Below, in pieces: positions 35,766 to 48,225 of a stretch of DNA of 64,000 bases. Source of the stretch: Octopus vulgaris (lineage: Eukaryota). Made by a program: the position numbers and the translations under genes. How positions within the stretch are numbered: position 1 is the first letter of the stretch; each line of letters starts with the position of its first letter. Under the pieces are notes generated by a model that saw only the letters and a program-made list of their open reading frames with translations, was not told the DNA's origin and ran no database searches. The stretch is from positions 71,176,001 to 71,240,000 of the forward strand of contig OX597827.1 in assembly GCA_951406725.2 (NCBI GenBank). Reading direction: 5' to 3'.

Positions 35766-36727
35766 CGATGCTTTCGAGCTAGAGTTGCTCGATCGGGGTT
35801 ATAACACGAATAATGTCCGGCCATGATAGGTCTTTACAGTTCTGTACAGAACGAGGAGGAGGAGTGCCGCCGCCTCAGCTCATGGCTCTTTTAAAGCGGG
35901 GATCTGATATTATTATAGAGGTGGGGTCAGAGACTGTCAATGATGGTGGCAGTCAACAGGCAGTTCCAACCAGAATCTGCACTCTTTGTTTCGTTTTAAC
36001 TTTTCGTCTTCATTTTATATATTTTTGTTGCTTTTTTGGGGGTTTCTTATTTTTGTGAGAATCTTACATCTGTGTGTGTGTGTGTGTGAGTATGTGTGTA
36101 TGTGAGTGAGAGCTATAGATAGTTGTATGTGTGTGTGTGCGTGCGTGAGTGTGCGAAAGGAGAGAAAGAGAGCTACAGATAGTTGTGTGTGTGTGTGTGT
36201 GTATGAGAAAGAGAGACATGGTATGTGTGAGAGAGAGAGCTAGAGATAATGCGTGTATGTGTATGTATAGAGAGACTATGAGAGGAAGTGAGAGATACAG
36301 TGTGTGTGTATATGTATGAGAAAGTGAGACATGGTATGTGAGAGAGAAAGAGAGAGAACTAGAGATGTGTGAGAGTATGTGTATGTATAGAGAGACTGAG
36401 AGAAAGTAAAGAAGTGAGAGACAGAAGTGGTGTCAGAAAGTGAGGGAGACAGTGTGTGTGAGCAAGCCGACTCCAGATGCACTCATGTCAAATATATTTT
36501 GTATAAAATATGCGACTGTAAGCTAATAACTATATCAAGTGCATATATATATATATATATATGCAGATGTATGTATGCATATACTATATGGCATATATAT
36601 ATATATATATATATGTAAAAAGCAAGAGTCTACAAGTGTGTATTGTAGTGTCTACGAATTTTAATTCGATCCTTATCAGTCTATTATTTTTTTTTCCACC
36701 ACTCCTATCTGTTGTAATTAACATACA

Positions 36728-36764
<37 letters not shown>

Positions 36765-36945
36765 CAATTAAGCCTGCGAGCTTTTTCCATCGTTACAACT
36801 CCCATGTTTCGCGTTGTGCTTTTCGAATTAAGTACTACTTTAGTAAATAATTACATATATATATGTGTGTGTGTGTGTGAATACGAGAAGTAGAGAGAGA
36901 GAAGAGAAAAAGCAGCTTCTATAAAAGATAAGCAGAGACATATTA

Positions 36946-36977
<32 letters not shown>

Positions 36978-37290
36978 GTATATATATATGTGTATATATA
37001 TATATATGTGTATATATATATGTGTGTATATATGTGTGTGTATATATATATATGTGTATATATATATATGTGTATATATATATATGTGTATATATATATG
37101 TGTATATATATATATATGTGTGTATATATATATATATGTGTGTATATATATATATGTGTATATATATATGTGTGTATATATATATATGTGTGTATATATA
37201 TATATGTGTATATATATATGTGTATATATATATATGTGTATATATATATATATGTGTATATATATATATATGTGTATATATATATATGTG

Positions 37291-37321
<31 letters not shown>

Positions 37322-37332
37322 GTATGTATGTA
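36946..37332. repeat. Compound (TA)n/(TG)n microsatellite
   Basis: Directly visible. It produces the YI/CV ORFs of the track. Confidence 0.95.
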
Positions 37333-37478
37333 TTAATACTTTATCTCACAATGTGTAATAAAAGGGAAGACGAAGTAAAAGCTTATTAAAGTAGAACGTC
37401 TGTGGTGCTGGTAACAGAATGTAAAACCATTAGCAGCAGTATCAACTGGTTAAACCCACTTTTCCCCTTTCGACTTAC

Positions 37479-37800
37479 CTTGCTTTAGGAAATGGCATTT
37501 ATTTTTTCCCCCTTTTTCGCTGTTTCAGAATGACTCCATTGTAGAAATTCCGACCGAAATCAAAGATGTCAGTGAAACAACGATGAAGATAGGTGTTGTT
37601 AGTGGATGGAAAAAGGCCTACGTATCGATGTCTGTTCAACAGATCACAGCCAGTAAAGTCCCCGGGTGTTGAATGCGATGTGGGGGGAAAAAAAAAATTG
37701 AGGCAGTAAACACTACCAAGAACAGACACCATAGGGACTGGCACGGTGAACAGGGGAAAAACGTCACCCTATTTTAATTGGAACCGGCTGCAAATTTTAA
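37479..37800 (-). promoter_or_regulatory. Candidate non-coding first exon/promoter of the - strand ZNF gene at 23553-25310
   Basis: Consensus donor AAG|gtaagt (intron starts at 37478) in repeat-free, relatively CpG-rich sequence. The 5' boundary is a guess. Confidence 0.4.
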
Positions 37801-38834
37801 AAACAAATTTACAAAGAAAGAAACTAAAAAAAACAGATACATCAATTAGTTGCAATGTAAAAAAAAACCGTCATTAAAAGAAAGAAATAAAAAGTATGAC
37901 TTTATTTAAAATAAGTCACATAGCAGACAGGATCAGACCTGAAGAAGTTGGTGGCTAGGTTCGCTTAGTCGTGTTATAATTGCTTTCAATCCCAGCAAAG
38001 AAAAAATTTTGGATGATGTCTTCACAACCTGCATTTGCGTACACACACACCCATCACAACCAGAGTACCCAGATCAGTGCTTTATATATTTATATATATA
38101 TAAATCCTATTATATATGTAATATAAATATTTGTATATATATCATTATATATATATTGTGTGTGTAATATATATATAATTAATAATATCAGGGTAATAAA
38201 GATTTTAGAAATTTTTACTACCTGTGGCCTAGCGTGTAGAAAAATTAGTCAAATAAGACTAATGAATTACATATATATATATATACACTACACTTTGATC
38301 TTAACCAAAAAGCCGAGAAGCGATGTTATTGATTCTAGAGCTGTCGTAACCTAGGTTTATCAGTACAGTTATTAAATTCAGAAACGTTTATTTTTTTTAT
38401 TTTCTTTAAGATTTTTGTTTTACACCAAATCTTGATTTGCTTGAAGATATATATATATAAATATATTGTTGCTCTATATAAAGAGTGTGTTTCTTTTTTC
38501 GGATATATAAAACACTAACGATATATATATATATATATATATTATTTTTACAGTTAGAGCAATTTTTAGGAAGTCCTAATTCTTTCCTTCCACCCCTGTT
38601 TACCACTTATGGGAAAAGATATATCTATGTCGATGGTTCTTTAAAAAGTTTTTTTTAAAAAACCCCCGTTAAGTAGACAACTACGAAAAAAAGAAAACCA
38701 AAAGTGGGTGGGAAAGGAACTAGAGTTCTATTGGGAAAATTAAAAGAAAAAAAGAAATTCCCTTTATCGTTTTGGAAATATATTTATGAATCATCAAAAG
38801 TTTTTTTTTAAGGGTTTCTTTCTGGTGGGTGTGC

Positions 38835-38865
<31 letters not shown>

Positions 38866-40367
38866 CGTTTTCTTCGTTTCCAAAGTGGAGGTGTGATGTC
38901 AGAAACTTATGACCTACCACTAAATTTCTTTTTAAGTTTATGTATCAACTTTTTTTTTTGTTTGTTTCTGTCCAGATAAATTCTTGTGTTTATTAAGTTT
39001 TGTCTGTTTCGATAACAATGTTTCAAACCATTTTTTAACTTTGTAATAGTTATTTTTCGTCATGTATCTCCGGCCTGGACACACACATACATACACATAC
39101 GTGTGTCTGTCAGTGTGTATATGTGTGTGTGTGTGTGTGTGATCAAAGCATGAGTAAATATATCTTTTATTAATAATCGGTAGAAGTCACTGAGTGACTC
39201 AAGGACCGAGGGTTCCGTTCATTGGTTTACATACATACATACATGCATACATATATATACACACTCTTTTAAATGTTTAACAATATACAACTCTTGTTAC
39301 AAAATAAAACAAACAAAAACTATGTCATTCCTTTGTAGAGCAAGGAACAACTCGTGGATTTGTGTCTTAAATGAATTTAATGTCAGGCGAACGAATGCAG
39401 AGGCCTTCATGTGGTCCTTCGATTTGCTAGAAACAGCAGCCGAATTTCCTTCGTATTACACACAACACTCTTAAAAGAGGGAAACACATTCGACGATGTA
39501 GTTTTAAATACACTGTTTAAGAAATGGTAAGAAAAGAAGGCCGGGATAGCCATGGTTGGGATGCTTTTGATCGTAGCTGTACATGATCGCGGTTGACACA
39601 GAACTCAACAAGAACAACTTAAGTTCACCGTTGGTGATGCTTCGATGCATCTCGAGGCCATCAATCGAATTGTTAAAAATTGCATTACACCCTTACGACA
39701 GCAAACAAAAATTGCTTATACAGTTAGATCCTGTACGTTCTGAGCTCAAATCCTACCAAGGTCTTCTGGGTTCGATAAAATAAAGTACCAGTCAATACTA
39801 GGTCGACGTGATCTAATTCATTATATCCCTCCCTCAGTTTTCAGGACTCCGGCCTATGTAAGAAATCGAGTTTCGCATGCAGTCCAGACTTACAATGGAC
39901 ATATATATACATATATATATATATATCCTGGATGCGTAAATTCGTCATCAATATTACTTTTTTTTACCTGTTTTAATCTACGAGCTGTAGCTACACGGCG
40001 GGGGACACCTCCATTGACTCTCTCAGTAATATAATATCAAATCTTAAAAAATTTAATTTTCTGCTGTCATTCCAGATGAAATATTATAGCATTTGTTCTA
40101 AGATATCACTGCACGACTCAAAGCGAGTTGTCATACGGCACTGGGTCATCATCATCATCGTCGTTATCGTCTTAACGCCGTCTTTTCTATACTTGCATTG
40201 ACTAGACTGAATTCGTTGAGATAGATTTTCTGTGGTTGGATGCTCTTCCTACTGCCAACCTCCATAGCTGGACATAGTTTTACGGAAGACTGGAAGCCAG
40301 GGAGTCTGCTTGTACGGTGGTCACGTTTGTTTATAATTATCACATACTATCAAGACAGAGGGACACG

Positions 40368-40418
<51 letters not shown>

Positions 40419-40578
40419 CACTTAAAAGCATCCACTACACTCACGGAGTGGTTGGCGTTAGGAAGGGCATCCAGCCGTAGAAACACTGCCAGATCAGACT
40501 GGGCCTGATGCAGCCTTCTGGCTTCCCAGACCCCAGTTGAACCGTCCAACCCATGCTAGCATGGAAAGCGGACACTAA

Positions 40579-40610
<32 letters not shown>

Positions 40611-43600
40611 ATATATATACATGATGTATTATATATACCTAGTACATCATAATACATATACATTTTAAGCAATGACCACAAAAAGAAAGCAACATGGTAC
40701 GGAGAATTTTTTAAACAAATATTGTATTAGTTTAGCACTGACGTTTTGGACACTAGCTCTTCATCAGAAAAATAAGCGAATGAGAAAAGTTAGTGAGATT
40801 CCATGCTTGCTTGGGACATATAGAGTGTATTGAGGCAGATTTTCTATGATCAGATACCCTTCATGCTGCCAACTCTCTATTGCTTCTCCAGAATTCTGCA
40901 AAATCATCATCATCATCATTTAGCGTCCGCTTTCCATGCTAGCATAGGTTGGACGGTTCAACTTGGGTCTGGGAAGCCAGAAGGCTGCACCAGGCCCAGT
41001 CTGATCTGGCAATGTTTCTACGGCTGGATGCCCTTCCTAACGCCAACCACTCCGTGAGTGTAGTGAGTGCTTTTTACGTGCCACCGGCACAGATGCCAGA
41101 CAGGGCTGGCAAACGGCCACGGTGGGATGGTGCTTTTTACTTACATGCCACTGGCATGGGGGCCAGGCGAGGCTGGCAACGGCCACGATTGGATGGTGCT
41201 TTTTACGTGCCACCGGCACAGGTGCCAGATGGGGCTGGCAAACGGCCACGGTGGGATGGTGCTTTTTACATGCCACTGGCATGGGGGCCAGGCGAGGCTG
41301 GCAACGGCCACGATCGGATGGTGCTATTTACGTGCCACCGGCACGGGGGCCCGTTGGGGTGGCGCCGGCAACAGCCACGTTTGGATGGTTCTCTTACGTG
41401 CCACCAGCACTGGTATCACAGCTACAATTTCCATTGATGTTGATCAATTTCGATATAAATGATAGTGACATTCATATACAACTATCAAGCAATGTCAAGA
41501 CAAGGAGACACAAACTCATGCATATACATACATATATGAAAGGCTTCTTTTGTTTTCCATCTACCAAATCTGCTCACAGGGCTTTGGTCAGTCTGAGGTT
41601 ATAGTGGAAGTTACCACACAGTAAGACTGAACCTGAAACCACAAGGTTGGAAAGTAAACTTCTTAACCACACAGCCATCCCTGTGTCGCAGAAACAAAAA
41701 TATAACCATGATTTATTTTTGAATAACACATATTGTAGGTTCAGTCTGGAGGCACAGTGCATGCCCTGTGATAAAATAACTGCACTCCATTGGTTATACA
41801 AATGAGTGTTCTAGGTGGCTCAATCAATGGATCAGCCTGCTTGTAAAATTAACATGCAAATGGTTGAGTACTCCACAGACATGTATACCTATTTCTTTAC
41901 TATCCACCAGGGGCTAAACACAGAGAGGACAAACAAGGACAGACAAACGGATTAAGTCGATTATATCGACCCCAGTGCGTAACTGGTACTTATTTAATCG
42001 ACCCCGAAAGGATGAAAGGCAAAGTCGACCTTGGCAGAATTTGAACTCAGAACGTAGCGGCAGATGAAATACCGCTAAGCATTTCGCCTGGCGTGCTAAC
42101 GATTCTGCCAGCTCGCCACCTTTTAACATAGTTCCCAGGGAGATTCAGTGTGACACAGAGTGTGACAAGGCTGGTCCTTTGAAATATGAGTACAATTCAT
42201 TTTTGCCAGCTGAGTAGACAGCAGCAACATGAAATAAAGAGTCTTGCTTAAGGACAGAACATGTCGCCAGGAATCAAACTCATGACCTTACGATTGTTAG
42301 CTGAACACCCTAACCACTAAGCCACTTGTCTTATCGTGTAAGGTGTTAATGTATGCAAACCCATTTCTTCCTTTGAGAAGAGCTGGTACATGTTAGTCTG
42401 GCCTCTGTTCTTTGACCTGTCCATTGCTGGAAGCTCTGGCATAGTTCTTAGGGTTATTGAAGCACAGGAGCCACTTCACTGCAACAAAGTTTGGATTTTG
42501 TACTGGACCCAAAACTCTTGCTCAAATAAAAATATGACATCTTAAAAAGGGAGGGACCCATGAAATAATATAGCCCTGGACAGGTAATGCCCAAGGAAAG
42601 GACAGCATTGATATAGCCAGGATGCTTTTGAGCATAGGGCTGCTCAGTGAAGGCTGGCCCAAGGTTAAACAACCACTCCCACACCACCACCACCAGTACT
42701 TAGCACTACTACCATGTAACTTAGCGGTTCAGCAAAATAGACCGATAGAATAAGTATCAGGCTTAAAAATAAGTGCTGGGGTCAATTTGTGCAACTGAAA
42801 TTCTCCAAGCTGGTGCTCTAGCATGGGCTGCAGTCTAATGACTGAAACAATAGAAATAGAAATACTAATAATATTGACTTCAAATTTTGGTACAAAGCCA
42901 GTAATTTCAGGGAAGGCAGAAAGTCAATTACAGGTACCCAAGTACACAACAGGTACTTATTTTATTGACCCTGAAAGGATTAAAGGTAAAGTCAACCTCA
43001 GCAGAATTTGAACTCAAAACGGGAAGATGGACAAGGTGCCACAATGCATATTGCCCAGCACGCTAATGATTCTGCTAGCTTTTCACCTTCCACTACTATT
43101 AATACTGCTTATATCTCTCAACACCACCACAACCACCACAGCTGATAGTAAGAGAGCCAAGCAAGATATTTCATTCTGAAGTTTTAGTCAATTACTGATT
43201 CTGCAGACCTATGATCAAAGCCATTTTCATCTTTATTCAGAAACAGCATATCTAGGATTGCATTATCCAATATCATCATTTTCATCATCATCATCATCAT
43301 CATCATTTAGCATCCAAAGCATCCACTTTTCCATGCTTGCATGGGTGGAACAAAGTTTCTTAAGGTAGATTTTCTACTTAAGGCGGTGAGCTGGCAGAAA
43401 TGTTAGCACGCCAGGCAAAATGCTTAGCAGTATTTCATCTGCCGTGACGTTCTGAGTTCAAATTCCGCCAAGGTCGACTTTGCCTTTCATCCTTTCAGGG
43501 TCAAGAAAATAAGTACCAGTTACACACTGGAGTCGATGTAATTGACTTAATTCTTTTGTCTGCCCTTGTTTGTCCCCTCTATGTTTAGCCTCTTGTCGGC

Positions 43601-44327
43601 AATAAAGAAATAAGGTTGATTTTCTACAGCCAAGTGCCTTCTTGTCACTCACCTTCATTTGTTTCCAAGCAAGGTAATATTTCCTAATATGGCTAGGCAG
43701 TGGCAGCTTGTGCAAAGATACTGCAGGACTGCAGCACCCCCTGTTTCTACTCAATATTATTGATAACATTCAATATAATGAATCCTTCTTTCTTTGATTC
43801 TTTCTTTATGCTTGTACATTATATAATCCTGAAGATTAATATAAGCAGCTATCTCCTAGTTTATGAAAAAAAATACAAAAATTCTTGTATAGAACTGTGC
43901 GCTTCACAGTTCCAGCAATGCAGTGTTTGGCTGTTGTGTACATGCTCACATGTCTGAGATAGGAAGCTTCATGCTAGGGAGAGAGAACACTGCATGAACA
44001 GCAGTGCTGACCCGGGTATTCCAGTGAAAGGTAGTGTTTCTTTTTGACTCTGTTTGTGCTGTACTTAAAAACGTGTTTATATTCTTGAATGTGATAAAGT
44101 GTAGAATTAGATTATTATCTTGTTCCCAGCTTCAGTGTTGCTGCCAGGATTTGAAAAATAGGGCAAATTTCTCCCCCTTATTTTGTGATTTAGGTGGGAT
44201 TTTGGGATTTTTGAAAAACAAGGGGGAATTCACAGTGGTGTTCAGTGAACAAATTAAACACACCACTCAGCAGTGGCTAAAACACGAGCCAATCAAATTT
44301 ATGTATAAATGTTCTTGTTATATGTTT

Positions 44328-44605
44328 TGTTGTGTCTGGGAGAGTCATTTTTTTTTGTGCCTTATAATGTAACACACTCACCGGTAAAATTTCAACTTTT
44401 TCTTATTTTTATTTTCCTCAATTGAAAAGGTTGCAAGACAACGAAAATTTTAGGAAAATAAAAATAAGAAAAAAAGGGAAATTTTACCAGTGAGTGTGTT
44501 ACATTATAAGGCACAAAAAGAAATGACTCTCCCCTGACACAACAGAATATGCTTCAACACACAAACTCATATAAAGAATCTTGCAAACCAAATCCAAAAA
44601 CGAAA
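44328..44605. mobile_element. PLE-type inverted-repeat insert (related family)
   Basis: About 90-bp inverted arms (44328-44418 / 44452-44545). The tail resembles that of the 56.8-kb PLE (ttcaacacac..aagaatcttgcaaa). 12-bp TSD tgttatatgttt at 44316-44327 and 44606-44617. Confidence 0.7.
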
Positions 44606-45776
44606 TGTTATATGTTTGTTTCCTTTTACACAATATTAAAACAACAGCTAAAAATTTTCTGAAACAGCAGCCCTGCTAATTTTATCTATGATCTGCCATT
44701 GTGGCTAGGTATGTTTTTGAAGGATGACTGGAAATGAAGGGCACCGCTTGTATGACAGTGACACCTGTTTACAGCCATCATGCAATGTCACACTAAACTA
44801 ATACACACACAAACATCACCATATGGTTCTGGGTTCAGTCCCACTGCGTGACACCTTGGGCTATTACAGCCTCAGACTGACCAGAGATCTGTGAGTGGAT
44901 GAAACTGAAAGAAGCCCGTCATGTGTGTGTGTGTGTGTGTGTGTCCATACTCTCTTTTACTTGTTTCAGTCATTTGACTGCGGCCATGCTGGAGCACCGC
45001 CTTTTAGTCAAGCAAATCGAACCAGGACTTATTCTTTGTAAGCCTAGTACTTATTCTATCGGTCTCTTTTGTCGAACTGCTAAGTTACAGGGACGTAAAC
45101 ACACCAGCATCAGTTGTCAGGCGATGTTGGGGGGGGACAAACACAGACACACAAACACACACATGCATATATATATACACATATACGACAGGGTTCTTTC
45201 AGTTTCCATCTACCAAATCCACTCACAAGGCTTTGGTCAGCCCGAGGCTATAGTAGAAGACACTTGCCCAAGGTGCCACGCAGTGGGACTGAACCCAGAA
45301 CCATGTGTTTGGTAAGCAAGCAACTTACCACACAGCCACTCCAGCGCCATGTCCACTTGTGCTTGTGTTTGTACCCCACCACCACTTGACAACCAGTGTT
45401 GGTGTGTTTACATCCATGTAACTTAGCGGTTCAGCAAAATAGGCCAATAGAATAAGTACCAGGCTTAAAAATTAAGTGCTGGGGTCAATTTGTGCAACTG
45501 AAATTCTTCAAGCCGGTACTCCAGCATGGACTGCAGTCTAACGACTGAAACAATTAGAAATAGAAGATGTACACGAAAAGCTTCTTTCAGTTTCCGTCAA
45601 CCAAATCCACTCACAAGGCTTTGATCAGCCTGTGACCACAGAAAAATAACAGTTGCCCAATGTGCCATGCTGTGGGACTGAACCTGGATCCATGTGGTTG
45701 GGAAGCAAGCTTCTTAACTACAGAGCCATGGCTGTGCCAATATGTCCTTCCTTTTCTGTTTTTTTTCTTTTCAAGA

Positions 45777-46215
45777 CAGAAGAGGAGGAGGAAGAAGGGG
45801 AGGAGGAAGAAGAAGAAGAAGAGGAAGAAGAAGAAGAAGAGGAGGAGAAAGAAGAAGAAGAAGAAGAAGAAGAAGAAGAAGAAGAAGAAGAAGAAGAAGA
45901 AGAAGAAGAAGAAGAAGAAGAAGAGGAGGAGAAGAAGAAGAAGAAGAAGAAGAAGAAGAAGAGGAGGAGAAAAGAAGAAGAAGAAGAAGAAGAGGAGGAG
46001 AAAGAAGAAGAAGAAGAAGAAGAGGAGGAGAAAGAAGAAGAAGAAGAAGAAGAAGAAGAAGAAGAAGAAGAAGAAGAAGAAGAAGAAGAAGAAGGAGAAG
46101 AAAGAAGAAGAGGAGAAGAAGAAGAAGAAGAAGAGGAGAAGAAGAAGAAGAAGAAGAAGAAGAAGAAGAAGAAGAAGAAGAAGAAGGAGTAGAAGAAGAA
46201 GAAGAAGAAGAAGAA
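45777..46215. repeat. (GAA/GAG)n microsatellite
   Basis: Directly visible purine tract. Confidence 0.95.
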
Positions 46216-46479
46216 GTGCTTTTTACATACCATGTAAGAAGTACTGCTGCTGGTGCCATGTGAAAAGAACTGGTGATGGTACCATGTGAAAAGCATCCAG
46301 TGCACGCTGTGAAGTGGTTGGCATCCGGCCACAGAAACCAAGCCAAAAAACAGGTTATGGAACCTGGTGCGATTCCTGGTCTTGCCAGCTCCCATGAAAC
46401 CAACCAACCGATACCAGCATGGGAAACAGACATTAAATGATGATGATGGTAGTGGTGGTGGTGGTGGTGGTAGTTAGGG

Positions 46480-46872
46480 ATGATGATGAGGAGGAGGAGG
46501 AGGAGGAAGTGGAAGTGGAGAAGAAGGAAGGGGGAAGAGGAGAAGGAGGATGAAGAAGAAGAAGAGGAGGAGGATGAAGAAGAAGCGGAGGAGGAGGATG
46601 AAGAAGAAGCGGAGGAGGAGGATGAAGAAGAAGAGGAGGAGGATAAAGAAGAGGAAGAGGAGGATGAAGAAGAAGAGGAAGAGGAGGAGGATAAAGAAGA
46701 GGAGAATGAAGAAGAAGAGAGGATGAAGAAGAGGAAGAAGAGAGGATGAAGAAGAGGAAGAAGAAGAAGAGGAGGAAGAAGAGGAAGAAGAAGAAGAGGA
46801 GGAAGAAGAGGAAGAAGAAGAAGAGGAGGAAGAAGAGGAAGAAGAAGAGGAAGAAGAGAGGATGAAGAAGAG

Positions 46873-46907
<35 letters not shown>

Positions 46908-48225
46908 AGAAGAAGAAGAGGAGGAAGAAGAGGAGGAAGAAGAAGAAGAGGAGGAAGAAGAAGAGGAGGAAGAAGAAGAAGAGCAGGAAGAAGAGCAGGA
47001 AGAAGAAGAGGAGGAAGAAGAAGAGGAGGAAGAAGAGGAAGAGAGGATGAAGAAGAGGTAGAGAGGATGAAGAGAGGATGAAGAAGAGAAAGAGGAAGAA
47101 GAAGAAGAGGATGAAGAAGAGGAAGAAGAAGAAGAAGAGGATGAAGAAGAGGATAATGAAGAAGAAGAAGAAGAAGAAGAAGAAGAGAGGATGAAGAAGA
47201 GAGGATGAAGAAGAGGAAGAAGAAGAAGAGGAAGAAGTAGAAGAGGAAGAAGTAGAAGAGGAAGAAGTAGAAGAGGAAGAAGTAGAAGAGGAAGAAGAGG
47301 CAGAGGAGGATGAAGAGGCAGAGGAGGATGAAGAAGAAGAGGAAGAAGTAGAAGAGGAAGAAGAGGCAGAGGAGGATGAAGAAGAAGAAGAAGAAGTAGA
47401 AGAGGAAGAAGAGGCAGAGGAGGATGAAGAAGAAGAGGAAGAAGTAGAAGAGGAAGAAGAGGCAGAGGAGGATGAAGAAGAAGAAGAAGAAGAAGAAGTA
47501 GAAGAGGAAGAAGAGGCAGAGGAGGATGAAGAAGAAGAGGAAGAAGTAGAAGAGGAAGAAGAGGCAGAGGAGGATGAAGAAGAGGAAGAAGAAGAGAGGA
47601 TGGAGAAGAGGAAGAGGAAGAGGATGAGGATGAGGATGAAGAAGAGGAAGAAGGGGAGGAGGAGGATGAAGAAGAGGAAGAAGGGGAGGAGGAGGATGAA
47701 GAAGAGGAAGAAGGGGAGGAGGAGGATGAAGAAGAGAAAGAAGGGGAGGAGGAGGATGAAGAAGAGAAAGAAGGGGAGGAGGAGGATGAAGAAGAGAAAG
47801 AAGGGGAGGAGGAGGATGAAGAAGAGGAAGAAGGGGAGGAGGAGGATGAAGAAGAGGAAGAAGGGGAGGAGGAGGAGGAAGAAGAGGAAGAAGGGGAGGA
47901 GGAGGATGAAGAAGAGGAAGAAGGGGAGGAGGAGGATGAAGAAGAGGAAGAAGGGGAGGAGGAGGATGAAGAAGAGGAAGAGGAAGAAGGGGAGGAGGAG
48001 GATGAAGAAGAGGAAGAAGGGGAGGAGGAGGATGAAGAAGAGGAAGAAGGGGAGGAGGAGGATGAAGAAGAGGAAGAAGAGGAGGAGGAGGATGAAGAAG
48101 AGGAAGAAGGGGAGGAGGAGGATGAAGAAGAGGAAGAAGGGGAGGAGGAGGATGAAGAAGAGGAAGAGGAAGAAGGGGAGGAGGATGAAGAGGAGGAGGA
48201 TGAAGAAGAGGAGGAAGAAAAGGGT
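46480..48225. repeat. Purine-rich GAA/GAG/GAT satellite with higher-order units (e.g. 30-bp gaggatgaagaagaggaagaaggggaggag)
   Basis: Directly visible. Frameshifting units break the poly-Glu frame. Confidence 0.95.

Noticed and set aside
36960-37389. YI/CV-repeat ORFs
   Set aside because: Dinucleotide microsatellite artefacts.
40076-40201. Acceptor-like site followed by a short + strand ORF
   Set aside because: No donor or partner exon was found, and the ORF runs into a repeat-derived (ATC)n tail.
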